A stretch of DNA of 64,000 nt from Adineta vaga (Eukaryota > Animalia > Rotifera). The notes below the pieces were generated by a model, which worked only from the letters and a program-made list of their open reading frames with translations, was not told the origin of the DNA and searched no databases. A program made the position numbers and the translations under genes. How positions within the stretch are numbered: position 1 is the stretch's first letter; every line of letters begins with the position of its first letter. The stretch lies in assembly GCA_021613535.1 (NCBI GenBank), contig CP075496.1, forward strand, positions 7,130,001 to 7,194,000, read 5' to 3'. Shown here piece by piece: positions 11,201 through 26,200 of the stretch.

Positions 11201-14200
11201 GATATGATCGAATTTGAAGCTTTTGGTGATGTTGATAAATGATGTGTTGGTGATAAAGATTCGGGAGATTTACCGGAACGATCAGACATAGATTTTTTTA
11301 TTTGATTGCGAGATGTTGTTGTAATAATTGTTGGTGTAAAAAATGACATGGATGAATCTTGCCTAGAAAAATCAAATCAATAAATTAATTTTCTATTTAA
11401 ATAAATGTTTTATAGTAATTGATTATTTAGTATTAATTTTAGAGCAGAGCGCATATAAGCTCAAATCACAAAAACATAACCAAAAGCTCTGGCATGAGTA
11501 TATTTTGTTTTTCTAAATTATCCTTGCTTTTCATGATATTTCTTTTGTTGAAATTTAGATCAAATATTTGCATGTGATGAAACAAATGCATGAGCACTAG
11601 TCGCAAAATGTCGTCGACCTGCTTGACGCCATTCAGGTAATTCCCATGTCAATAACCTAGGATTTAGATGTAACATACAGTACAAAAAAGAAAATAGACA
11701 AAAATCATAAAAAAAAGGAACAGGCAGGTTGAAATGAGATAATACACATAGAAATAAATACATGCGAACAAGACTAATCATACAAATGGAAAGCCCGGGA
11801 ACAGCATAATAAATGTTTCGGAATAAATATGACATAGATGTATTATCTTACGGAAAATATCATATAAATTTGTCCTTCTTAGTTTTTCTCTCTTATTGAT
11901 CTGTATGCGTGTATGGATAAATATATAGAAGATTATTAGTATTTACTTAGAACGAGGACTAAGAGATAAATAAGAAGAAGAAGAACAAATCATAAAGTTA
12001 GTTTGTTTTTGTAGATGATGTACTTACTCTTTTTGTAAAGCAGCTGTAGGATTAGTCAGCGCTAAAAGAACAGAAATTGTTGAATTGAAGTTCAATTTTT
12101 AATATACAAACAAAAATTCAATGAAAACGATTTTTTACCTATGATAAGATCCATCTGACGTTGAAGCACCTTGTCTACATTTGTTACCCACATTTCATAT
12201 TGTTCATCATCTTTACATTGACAAATAACACGACGTGTATTGCCTGCATCAACTTCGACTAAAGTAAATTGAAATGTATCTTTGTGACGCTTGAATTCTT
12301 TATGTTGTAATTTATTAATCTAGAAAGAAAAAAATAAAGTCTATTGTGAAAGATTCTTTCATAGTTTTCTTACTTTTAAATCATATTTATAGATATAATT
12401 TGGACTTGAATATTTATCTTTTGCTGGTATTTCTTCACAGAAAACCATGGCTTGTTGAAATAAAAAGACTCGACGTTCTTTTAATTTCTTTTCAACTTCT
12501 TTGGCATCTTTTGTATCTTTAGATATTGGTTCACTAACAGACAACATATCTTGCAATTTTAATTCACCTAATTGATGAACATTTGTTGGTAAATCTTTGA
12601 TACGTCCAACATTCATCATATCATTGGCTTGTCGAGGAACTTCAATCATTACTTGTAAAGCACTGCGTATAGCACGAGATTCATCACCCATTCGTTCAGT
12701 TGATTTAAGAATTTCTTTGAGCAATAATTGATAACGCATAATTCGTTGAACAGGTTTTATTAATAAATCTGATACAAGTAATTTTTGACCAAGTTTTTTA
12801 CGAATTTCCTAATGGAAATAGAAAATTAAATGATTGATGAAAGATGAAGACAATCAACGGAAATTAATTATGATCTTGTCGAATCGTCAAAAGCTTCTCA
12901 ATTGAACAAGATCATAAAAACGGAAGAGATATGAAAAAAGGAAAACGACAAAACTATATCGAATCTTTTACTAGTACTCATCAAATGTTTGTTTTATCAG
13001 ATGATCGAGAAATATACGTAGAAAATTTTAGTTTCTTTTTCGTCCTAATGCTTTTTTGAATATGATTAATAGCTTTATTGATGATATTTTCTGATATACA
13101 ACGATGAAATCGATCGATATAAGACAATATTATATTCATCTTTTGATCGATAATTCTCTTGAGTAGACATAACAAGTCCTTGATGTCTGTTTGTCCTACA
13201 TAGCAAGATACACAAAATTCATATCTCTATCTTTGAGCAATAAATCTTGTTAAATGTTCATCATAGTCATGTTCTTCTTTACTTCACTAATTCATTTGCT
13301 TGAACGATACTTGCCATTATCAATTTATGTTACCCTGAGGCGGATGAGTGTTTTTATTAATTCTCTTTGAAATTTCATGGTCAAAAAGCTAACATTAGAA
13401 TCTCATTTTAGCTGACTATTTGATAAAATATTTTTCGAAGAAACATGAATGAATTGATGCTATTGAATAGAAATCATCCACGGCTAACATTCCAAATTTG
13501 TTTTTATTTCTTCTATGTTGATACAAAGATTAGTTTTATTCCACTAGAATATTTCGAGAGAGAGACAGCAGATCGAATGAAAGGAAACATTCATATTTAG
13601 TAATCAGTAGAAAGAAAGAAAAATGGAAGGAAATTTTGATAAAATCCTAATTATATATCTATGACTAACTCGTTCAACTGAATAATCTTTAATTACATCT
13701 AGGGGTTAGAAGTTAAAATAGATAGATGACACTTACTTCAAAATAATCATGATATTCGGAAACGATATATTCTGAACGTGGTTTATTTTCACAATATCGT
13801 ACATAAGGACTAAATCGATTGGTCTATCAAGAGAAAAGAAAATAAGAGAATAATTTTTTTCAAGTTATTCATACAGTGAATAATCGACCGAGAATGTCAG
13901 GATTTTCAATACATTGTTCGAGTTGTGGCAAGAATGTACTAAGAAAAGAAATGAATCAAAATAGAATCGGATTATTCATGCATTGAAACCTACTCGCGAT
14001 GAAATTCGAATATTCTTTGAACATTTCCGAAAACAACACGTTCAAGGCCAATAAGACCTGTAGGTTTTTTTAAATCTTTATCATTTTCAGTAATATTCAT
14101 ATAGCTCTAAAGAAAAAAAGAAGATTAGTTTAGAAAGAAGAGAGGATTAAGATATTGTTTTACTTCAACAATTAATGCTAAATCTTTGACATATTCTTTT

Positions 14201-17200
14201 TCGGTTTCAATTAATTCAATGATATTATGTCTAAAAATATCATTTTAAAGATAGAAAGATGCAAAAGTCAATTTTTTGTTCTCTACCGTCGTTTTTCACC
14301 ATATTTTGTTCGGTCATCGACAGGTTCATCAGTTGTAGTCGTCGTCGTCGTTAGTGAACTTTGTGATTGATCGATATTAGTATCAATATCTTGTAGAGAT
14401 ATTTCATCAGTTTGTTCATGAAGATTATCATTTGGAATCACAGTTGTCGTTGATGAAGATAATATTGTATTGGCATTAGCTGTCGTTGTTATTGTTGATG
14501 GAGACGATGAAAGAGATGATGGTGTTGGTGTTGTTGACGAATATTGCTGTGGAATATTTGACGATAGTATAGAACTACTCGTTGTCGAACCGTCATTGAC
14601 GGACGGTGTCGTCACTGACAAGGCAGTTGGAATATTAAAGTCACTTGCTGATAATCCAGCAACCATATTGATAGGGGCCTAGAAAATGAAAAGAATTCTT
14701 CATTAATATATAGTTTGCTACTAATGATGATGATTTTCTTTTTTTATGTAATAGGGGGAAAAAAAGAAAGTCTATTGCTTACGACATGTTGAACAAGACG
14801 AGCAATGACCGAATCTTCTTCAAATGGACTGACAGTTGTTAAGGGCGGAACGCGTGCTTTACGTAAACGCGATGATGCATTAGCAGCACTATTATCTTTG
14901 GACGACTCCAGTGCAATTGTATTAACCAAGTTTCGTACAATGATATGAATCTTCGTAATTTCGTTCGAATCCTTTCACCGCTCTCTCAATCTTGTCTTCG
15001 TCTTTTCTTAACGATCTTTTTCTTGATAGAACTATGTCCTATCGAGCGGAAATGCACGCCCGTCAACTCTTCTCAAGTTAGGAGTAGTTGTAGTATTACT
15101 AATAGGATGTTGAAGACAAAATGAGAGGTTCTTTCTATTCTAATTTAATAGAAGAGATGCTCAAAACACAACAATGTGCACAGCTTGTCTTAGATGAAGT
15201 TGATGAAGATGAAGATGATGATGTTGCCGCTAGTAAGACTATTGTTGTCGGTTTTCCATTAAACGAAAATGTCATAAAAAGACAATGTTAGAATATTGTA
15301 GTCGTTGCCGATAGAAGACCGAAGACAATCTTTTTTTTTCATTCACCAACAAGGCAATAACGAAGCATAGTGGCAAAAAAGGAACTAAGAGTAGGAGAAT
15401 ATGTGAAAGAAAAAAATGCGAGAAGAAAAGGAAAAAACAAAGAAAGAAAGAAAAACAGCTACTATCGTTTGGTCCTGTTGTCGTTTGGCCTCGCCCGGTC
15501 GCCTAACATTATTATTGCGTTTATTCGAGAGTAAGCGCGAAAAAATGCGAACGCCCAACGTCATTTCTACTGTTCTTGCCTACACATACTTCTGTCTGTA
15601 TGCGCAGGCGTACGTTCCGACCGATGAAGTATCAGAAACAGAAGCAGTACTAGTAGCAGTGGCAAGACAATTAGATGACGAGAGAATTGAAAGAAAAGAC
15701 TCGAACGTTTTTGTTCGTATACTGAACGATCAAGTATTGTTGTTACACAATTTCATCTAAGTAATTGTCTGATTATCTATACTCTCAAACATGTACATAA
15801 ATAGTCGACAATAAAAAGAAATTTTTTTTTATTAATCAGAATATTTAATATATCCTATTTAGATTGAATATAATTGATCGAGGAAATTTTCTTATGTTAT
15901 TTCTGTTTTTTTTTCTCGATTTTTATTTCTTATTAACAACATTCGCTTGTTGTTGTCTTCATCTTCTTCGTCGATGTCTTCCTAAGTATATGTACGTGAT
16001 GAATATGTCGAGATAACGCTTGTTCTACTTAAAACAACGATATACATATAAAAAACGACAAGACGAACGAAAAAGAGAAAGAACAGTAAAGAGAAAGAAC
16101 AGTAAAGAGAAAAAAAAGAGTAGCTACTGTCGTTATTACTATTACTACTACTACTAATATAGATTCAGTTGATTTTCTTTTTTGACGTCACCTGATCCTG
16201 TATGAGACAGCAATACGATACATTATCAAACAAAGATAGGATGACGCATGTAGAAAGACAATAAAACTTTATAAAGGATTATCAATAACTTACAAGTGAT
16301 GAAGCTTCGTCTGTTGTGACTTTATCAACATTGGTATCAGCAGATAATTTTGGTTGAGCTTGAATATCCATTGGTGGTGGAACTTCAATTACATCATTTT
16401 CTAAATCATCACCGGCAAGTGTAGTTGAAGGAGAGCTAATTGTTGTGACACCTGATGGTGATGATGATTCAGTCAATTTATAACTACCATTTATACCACC
16501 ATTACCATCAATTGATCGACTTGCTGAATTCTAAGAAAAGAAATAGAAAAATAGAAATCGTTTAGTTTGATAGTAGAGAAAGAAAACAAGAAGGAGAAAA
16601 AAAATGTCTCCAACTGCTAACAAGATCGAAGAATTTTGTATATAAGAACGGCAAGCATCGTCAATTCATATATATGACTATACTCTGATCACCATTCTAT
16701 TTCTCGTCGACACAAGTAGCATCGAATTACGCTTTCACTTCCTCTTTCATTCTCTTGGGTCTGATGGCGACACCAATTTTCCTTTTTTCTGTCGTTTGAT
16801 GGGTGCCGAAAGCGAGCATCATCACTTTCCGAGAGTGAGTTTTCTGCTTCTTCTTCTTTTCATTCTTGTTCGACAACGTTTTTTTTTCTTATTTACTTCA
16901 ACCAATGTGCGTGCTTGTTGAGTGCTAACATAAAAAATATGTCAAAATAGAAAAACTTACATTATTTCGAATAGTCCATTTTTTTGATGATGGTAACAAT
17001 TTATATTTTTTTGTCCACGGAAGACGGGGCATAGTTAGTTCTTTTTTTCTTTTTTTTATTCTCTCGTATATACGTGTGTTTTTCTTTTAAGTTAAAGTCT
17101 ATATGCTCACAAGAAAAAAACCTATGGAGTATAGGCAAATAATCATTCAAATGACAGAATTGGCGACGTCGAACGAAAACATATGCGTCGTATAAAAGGA

Positions 17201-20200
17201 AAAAAACGACTCAGAACAGAAGGAGAAGAAGAAAGAGGTAAATTCGTTCGATTTTTTTTATATACGAAAGAAGAAGAAGCTGAATTTGGAGACTAAAACG
17301 AAAGAAAGAAGAGAAAAAAAGATGTGTATATGCTTATTGATGTGATGAGGACAACGACCAGTACTAGTAATAGTCATGCGAGAGAACACGATAAGGACTA
17401 CGTAACAGATATACACATCACATCAATCTGCTTGTGTTATTCTATTTTTGTTCGTTCTCATAATATGTTCACATAGATGCGATTCAAGGCACCCTCGGGC
17501 AAAGAATTGCATAAGAAAAGGAAAAGAAAGAATAATGTTACTACTACAACTAAACAAATCAATTAATAGTTCGAACATAGTTTTTCGACATAGAAGTACA
17601 TATATATATATCAAAATGGCATCAAGCTCTTTGTCTTTCATTTTTCTATTTGTTTGTCTGATGTTCTTGAGAGATAGTTGCCTTGAAAATTGGATATAAG
17701 CCTATATAATATTCAAACTTACTTTTCTTTTCTTACATCCTTTCTCTATTATTATTATTATTATTATTATTATTATGGCTTCTTTTTTTAACATGACAAA
17801 ACATAAAGGCGCGCTTTGTCAAGAAACACATACAAAACGGAAATTGCCTCATCGAAACAAAAGACACCATACCGTATCATCAGGAAATGACGTTAAATCT
17901 TCGGAATTTGTAAATGCGAATGCCTTGAAAAGCAAAAATAAAATGAAGAAAAGGTCTTAATTTTCTTTGATTCAGTTATTTTACTTTGAGTTTTGATGTT
18001 GCTGTGGAATTGGTTGAAATGGATGGTTTTTTTGTTGTACCATCAGCACTACCGATTGATGCAGTAGATGTTGACGTATTAGTTAAATCACGTGCTATAG
18101 GATTTTTAACATCTTTACTACTATTATCTTTTAAACTTAAGCGTCGAACGGGATTTTTCAGAATTCGTCTATGTTAACAAAAAGAAAAATATCAATAGAT
18201 GAATACTCTTTTCTTTTGTTTTTTGAAGCAAAGAATAAATTAATTACCTAAAACTAGCTTTTCGTTTACTAAAATGAGTTGCTGCTGATGATGATTGAGG
18301 TCGAAGTTGAGAATCGTCAGTATTATTATTTAGAAGATTATCTAAATAAAAGAAAAATAAACAATATTTGCTGTAAAAGATTGAGACAAGGAAGAATGGG
18401 AAAAAAGAAATATTCCTTTTTCTCGGAAAGAGAAGTCTTTAGTTATTTCCTTTTCTCATTTGGGAATAGTCATTCGATTCGAGAGAAAAAGAATGAGAGA
18501 GAGAGAGGGACAAAGAATAAGACAATTCCTCATTTTCTTATAATAACTAACAATATTTCATCAATATTTTGACTCAATCAAGAAGCCTAATCAGTAGAGA
18601 GACAGAGAGAAGATTTTTCTTTGTATTGTTTTTGTGATCTTACCTTGTTCATTTTTAATCCCTGTTGAAAGAGCTAATGGGGGTGGTGATAATGGATGTG
18701 TATTTGAAGCAGATGATTTTGTTGCTTTAAGAATCGCTGCTGGAACAAATCCTTCTGTATATTTTGATGATGGTGGTGGAGATGATAAATCGAATGAACC
18801 GGTTGTAACTGTGCTTGTTGATGAAGCCGCAAGTGACGGATTTGATTGATTATGATGATGATGGTGATCGTTTAATAATCGTATAAGACACCAATCAGGT
18901 GCATTAGGAAGTTGTTTTTGAATGATACGAACGTGCTGGCCTTTACTTACAGACAATTCTTGTGAACTACGTGCTATATAATCGTCTAAGACGGTTGTCA
19001 CGTTCGAATCCTATGACAAAAGAAAATGCAGACTTAGTTAGAAAATCAAACTAAAACATTCAAAAACAAAGAACACAAAATATAGTCAGTTTTTCGTTCA
19101 TAAAACTTATGCATCTATCGTAGTCGATCAATCATTTAAATAATAAATCAATCATGAACTTGTTTATTATCTATCAAATTTTATTAATTACCCAACGAAA
19201 TTTCATCTTGCGCCAGAATTCCATAAAAAGGGACGACAAATAGAATAACTATCTGTGAGATGACTCAATTCTTTAAGATAATGATGAATACAAACAATGT
19301 TGTTGAAAATGAAGATGGATAAGTGAATAGTTATGAAATTGAAGTGTTATCGGCTTTTCCATTCAGTCAAGTGTACGTCATCTCGAAAGTCACGTATGGT
19401 GCAAGATGCTGGTATAGCGAAGAAGAAAAAAATGAAATCAGCATCGACGATTATTTATTAAATAATACTCTTCTCCCGTTTTTTCTCTTGTGCGAGCGCG
19501 TGTGCGTTGTCGTCGGAATTGTCGTCGTCGTCGTCTACGCATGGGATTCAGTAAGTTTGACGTTATAAGTAGTATTTGTCGTCCTTCCTTCTCCTTGCCG
19601 TGTTTGCTACTGCGATAACTACTACTTTCTTCATCATCATCATCAACATCATCATCAAAACAACGTCATTATTTTATTAATCACAACAATTATTTTACTT
19701 TATCTTAAGAATTTTTTGTTTCTTCATCGTTACCGTCAGTGTCAATGAAAAGGAAACAACGGAGACTTCGAGGATATGATATTAAAATTTAATCAAACAT
19801 TATATGATTAAAATTATCATGAAAAATGAGGACAAGAGAATTTCTTTTATATCTCTCTTCATCTTTAAGTCTATTTGCTATTTAATAATTCTCTTGATTA
19901 TTGCAAGAATCAGATTTAATCTATTAAAGTTCTGTCTCTCTCATATTGCCATTCTTTTCTTCTTCATTTTTGTTACTTTCTAATATCAATGTTCTTTCTC
20001 AGTTTCTTGCTTTCATATATATATATATATATATATATGTAAAGACCGTGTTACATTCATTACTTTCTCATGAATGACGGCAATGAAGAATAAGAAAACC
20101 TGATGGGCGAACAACACATAAGTACGAGAAGAAAATATTGCTGAAAAAAGAAGAAGAAGGAGAAGAAGTAGACGAAGCGCAAATCTTGTTTTTGACGTTG

Positions 20201-23200
20201 CTCAAGACAAGAAAATCATAGACGAAGAATATTTTTTCTCATACAAGTTGACAACGCCGATGACAATGATGAAGAAGAAGAAGGTTTTCAATATGACACA
20301 CACGCATGCATAGATAATTCAATCGAAAAATATATCTTCACGTCTAAATAGAAAAACTAGACTCTTTTTCTTTCTCTACTATTTTTTGCATTTCGATTCT
20401 CTTGTCAGAAAACAAACGAACTTGGTCGGCATGCAATTCATTCAAATCAATTAACTGATCAGTTTCTTTTTATTAGACTGTTAGTTTTGCTTTTGATTGT
20501 ATTAAGTATACATATGTATGTATATATACATACACGCACACACAGATGTAAAAGAAGATGCAAAGAAAAGGTTGTTCTGGCATCAGCAGCAATAGTAATT
20601 ATAGCAAAGATCGTTTACTTGAATAAACAACAGAAAGCAATTCTTCTTATCCTATTCGTTTTTTTTAGTTAGTAGGGGTTATTTATTATATGGATATGTA
20701 TCTCTAATAGCTAAAGCATATTTAAGTCAAAAAAAACCTTGTAACTTGTCAAGCGGAAACATTCCATAAACATCTAATGAATATATTGTCATCTTATGTT
20801 AATAATCTGTCAATATTGCTTCTCAGAAATATCACTTGTATGTTGACTTTCCGGACCATCTTTATTTGAGATGCAAACAGAAATAATATATCTTGCTCAT
20901 CATTTCTCAAAGGTTTCATGTCACCTTTCGGAAACATCGATAAAATCAACCTGCTCTCGAGATAGATGAGAACTATCATATCCGTTTCTAATTAATTTCT
21001 TTTTCTTTACGAAATATGAATCTTTTCTTAGATATTTCATTTCGATACGAGAAGAAAAGAGAATCTTTTTCTTACTATAATTAGTAAAAAACAAAATTTT
21101 TTTATTCATACGCATTTTCCATTACTATTTCCGGAAAGAAAATTAATCAAAATGATATATACGAATGATTTCATTCGGTAGATCATTCAAGAGAAAAATA
21201 ACTAGATTCTTCTTCCTTTTCCTCGAAATTGAACAAATAATCATTACTTACTCTTATAAAATACTAAATCAGAATAATTTCTTCTTTCTTCGTCTTAATC
21301 AAATAAGAAGTGACTATATGATGTATTCGCACATACATGAAGCAATAACGACTGACGACTTGTCTAGTTAATCTCTTCACTGACTACTCTTATGCTGATG
21401 TGATGCATTGAGAACGTTAAAAGATGAAGAAAAAATATTTTTATATACTAGAGAGAAAAAACGCAGAGAGAAGCTTATGTTGATGACGTTTTGTTTCGCC
21501 TCCAGATAGATTTATCAGTGAATCAACATGCATATTACACACATAAATTTAAAGCAGACAAAAAAAACGTAAAGGATATGCTATACCTTGCTATGATGAT
21601 AAGCACGCAGGTAATGAAACATTGTCAGTTAAGAAAAACAATGTTGCGTGCACGGATTTTCCTTTCTCCACAATGTCGAATGAGTTTATGAAGATGCGAG
21701 TGTGTGTGCGTGTGCGCGCGCCCAGACAAACCGAGTAGGCAACAGATGTTGTTTTTTTCTTTTTTTTTCTTTATTCTACTCTCTTTCGTCGCTCTCTTTC
21801 TCTGTCTCTCTCTCTCCATTTCTTTCCACGTATATACTTATATATTGTGTTGTCGTCATCATTGTCATTAAAAACGCATACCCACCTCGGACAAACGACG
21901 AATATCTTTGAGACGTTTTTTCATGGCATATATTGACGTTTTTATAGAACGAAGAAGTGCTGTGGTTGATGGTGTTGACGTGACAGGAACTGTTTCAGGT
22001 GTTAAAGATAGTACAGTCATATCTGCGTGTAAAGGAAAAAGTGATGGTAGAAGATGTCTGGATTTTTTTTCTAAGAACGATTTTGTTGAATTTGAAATTG
22101 ATGATAATGTTGATGACGATGCCGATGGGGCTGATTTTGATCGACTATGTAAAGCAACGTAGGATGATAAAGAACGTTTGCGTCGACGATGATATGGTGA
22201 TAATAAACTATTTGCCAATGGTGGTAAACATAATGGTGGTGTTGATGCTGGTGAATTATACACAGGAGATGATCTTCGATTTTGACGTGATTCAAATTGA
22301 ACATACTGATAGATATTTTTATCTTCTTCATCTTCTTCATCGGATGGTATTTGACATGATATGTCACGAAATAATGATCGATCTATACTTCGACTACAAC
22401 GTCGGCAAGGAATAGGAATTGGTAATGGATCATAATAATGATGAGGAAGATTTTGAGGATAAGTCAAATTATCATATTGATGTTTTTGTTGTTCATCATC
22501 GTCGAATGGAAAGAAAAAATCGGAACCATACATTGCTGATATTGGTATTAGATTTGTATCTTGAGAAAATGATGCACGTCGTTGAAGTCTGTTCGTATTG
22601 ATTAAATTAATTAAAATCGGTTGTTGTTTGTCAGTACGTGAATATTTATGACGTAGCGAGGAAGAATGTGCTTTGGAATTGAACATTTTTTTCTATTAAT
22701 TTAATAGAATAAAATGTCAAATATAAGGTTTATTCGAGCAGAAGGAACAAGAATAAATGAACATGATTGATATAAATTTCAAATAATACATCGACAAGAT
22801 AGTTTTAGACAGATTCTCAATATCATGATTATTTTCTTTCGTGTTGAAAAATAATGATAAATAGAAGAAGAAAAAAGAACTCATTTTAGATAACTTGAAA
22901 AATTGTTGATGGATAAAGCCTGATATTCTAATTCTTTTTTTGAATTGAAAAGATAATTTAACTAATGGAAGTTAAACTAAATTATAAATCATTATAAGAA
23001 ATCATGACAGAAGACTTTTCCTTGTTTTTGTGATTAATAGATAATTACTAAAATTACACTAGAAAACATCAAACGAGCCATAATCGGTTTACATGAGTGC
23101 CTTGATTAGATATAGAGGCGTAAATTGAGAAATGAAAATTAAGTGTTTTCCTTCCGATACAAATGATGGAATATTATATTCTGGCAACAAAATAATAGCA

Positions 23201-26200
23201 AGACACTTATGACGTACCATTCAATTTGTATGTTGCTTATATACGGAATACTCATGGAGAACTTTTGTAAAAATCAAAAATATTGTGCAAAGAGAAAAAT
23301 CTCATGAGATTGACACTCAAGCATAATTTCTATTCGATAGGCTCAATATTTAGATTGGCTTTATTATCACTTAAGAAAGATCTTTATGTCTGAGTACATA
23401 TAGGTATTTTTATTATTACTTTTTATATCAATCATGTTCATTTTATCGATCAAATGAAATTGTGCTAGTTATATAGATATTCGATTAGGATTCTTTTCCA
23501 TCGATTACTTATATAACTAATTATATGAAGCATCGAAATGAGGGTGTTCTTCTTCTCACCTTTCTAGTCTGCCCTTCGCTTGGATAATTCTTATTGTCAT
23601 TGTTTACAAGACATGATGCAGTTGTCATTTGTGGTAATGATTTATCAGCATATGTCATCAATGATTGTGGTCGATACGCTGGTATTTGCTGACTATTAAT
23701 CGTATTTGGATTGTTATATGTTGATGAACAACATCGTTGTCGAAATGAATGAAATAATGATGATGATATTGGTTTTATAAAACTCGATTCATGCTGATAA
23801 CCTTGTCGAGGATTATCATAAACTGGTAGATTTGTTTTGTTGAAAGACATGTCTTGTAATGAGTCTTGTTGTATATCGTTATTATGATGTGTTGGTGTTG
23901 ACGAGACTTCATTTGTCCATGCATTAATTTTTCGTAGGACTCGTTCGATTTTTTTCGATATTTTTTCATTTGATGGTATCTGTGTTGCTTGTAAATCATC
24001 CGAAATGCTTTCCTCATCTTCATCAGTATGATAAAATTGACGTATTGTATTTTCCGTATGTTTTTGTTCTTCAGTTCTGATCGTTGTTGTTGTCGATTTC
24101 GAATTTGTTACGATATTTTCTTCGATTAACAAAGGACCATGTTTTCGTCGACGTCGTTTCTTCTCACCGCTCATTCATTGACAGTGTCCAGTATTTATTT
24201 TTTCAGTATTGAAAATATGTCAATGAAGATTCACTGGAGAGAAACAAACGTTTTTCTCTATTTGTACCATTCGCAATGAGAGAAAAAGAATTTCTCGGTT
24301 TCTATTTTCTCTGAGAGGATATGTTTTCTCTTTTTTCCTCTTGTTTCTTTTCAGCGTTATATACACCTAATAGATGATATGTATATGAGACACCAGGGAA
24401 AACCAGACAGAGAGACAGAGAGAGAAAGACCAGCAACCAGGCGCATATTCAAGAATGATAAATAAGTTAAGCACAAATGGCTACCACACCAATCATTAGA
24501 AGCATCGCAGGCTCTTATTTTCTCTCTGTCTCTTGTCTGTTGCATCTGTGTTATTACAACCAGTGAATTCGTAAGAGAAAGAAAGAAAAAAAGAAAGAAA
24601 GAGAAAGAAAAAACTGTCATTCGTTCGACTGAAAAAAGTCAAAATAAAAAACACGTACGAGAAAAGAATCGTATGTTGACTTATTATCTTTCTAGTCGAC
24701 TTTTAGATTAGTTTCATCATACGATATTCATATTTGTACTTCGTTTTTATCGGCTGCTGTTTCAGTTAATATAAATATACAGTACAAAAGCATATTGCCT
24801 TCATATTTGATACCTTAGGGAGTCTTTAACAGTCCATGTTTACTGTTTAGAAAAAGTATATTCAATATTGCATTTTGAATATGATCGTTTATTTACTGTG
24901 TCATCAACCGAACGTTTTTCATCCAAAGATTTCTGCACACTATTCGGATTAGATCTTTATCGTAAAGTCAACAAAAGTATATATATATATATGTACATCT
25001 CTATCTTAGTACAAAGACAGAACATTGTATAGTCAAGGTTATTGTGTTGATAGAACGCGTTCTATCTCAGACATGGAATAACATATGCAATTACTAGAGA
25101 CTATAATTGCGAAGATGGTCTTGCAAAAAACGAGAGGGGGAGAAAAAGAAAATAGAAACGGATATATATCTATCTATCGATAAAATATTAGCTGTAAATA
25201 TTTACATGTGGAGATACTCATAATGTTTTGATTAGTTTTTTTTTCGCTATACCTGTTGCATTTGATGATGTTGGCCACTACTAGAGAATGAACCTGTTGT
25301 CATACTTGATAATGAACCACCACGACTAATATGTTCATATTCATCAGAAATATTATCTGCTATTTCTTGTGATCGTCTAAAGAAAAATTGAAGATATTGT
25401 CAAAACTATTTTTTTTCATATTGATCAGGAATTTTTCATACCTATCTAATGAAGTATTATTACTATTATTGATAATAGGAGTAGAAACTTTATTCGGTAT
25501 TATTCCTGGCTTAGCATTGGTTTCATGCATTGTTAAATCATGATAAAGATCATTCTCTTGAATAAGTTCACGAATACGAATAACCCATTGTTGTTTAGTA
25601 TTCAAATCATTGGCCTAAAAATGAGAATTACAATTATAGAATTGAGTTTTTTCTATGTATGATTGTTATACTTTAAGTGTCACACGAAGATCAGCTGCAT
25701 GAGATGACATTGGACGGCCTGTATATAATGCAAATTTACACGGTTCACCAGCTTCTAAATGCTCTTTGACATCAAAGATTTCGGCAGTCTAGAAACGAAG
25801 GTAAAATAAACGTAAAATAAATTTTCTCGATAACTTACCATTAATTTGTATTTATAAATATATCGAATAGCTCCACGAGAAACTGGTTTAACAATTTTTG
25901 CAATAACAATACTTGTTTCAAAAAGAAAGACATGTCGTTCTTTGCCTTTTTTAATGAGTTGTTTGGAATCCCAAACTTGAAAGGAATTCTGTAATAGAAC
26001 ATCACCTAACGCTTCTTTTGTTAATCCAGACTAATAAATAACAGAAAAACGCATTTCAATTTGTCGAATATAAAAGAATTCGATGAATTCAATATTTTTT
26101 ATAACATACTTCAAGTTCATCGAGATAACTTAAATGCATTGCATCATTTGCTTTCTTTGGTACACTACACATCAAATCATAACCTTCTTTGACTTCACCT

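Noticed and set aside
12981-13400. Coding-like sequence inside a trio intron
   Set aside because: Short, interrupted and without a recognisable motif.
14744-14929. Further alternative first coding exon of trio
   Set aside because: It has a phase-0 donor (gtaagc) but no in-frame ATG before the upstream stop. It could be a 5'UTR exon; there is not enough support to call it a CDS.
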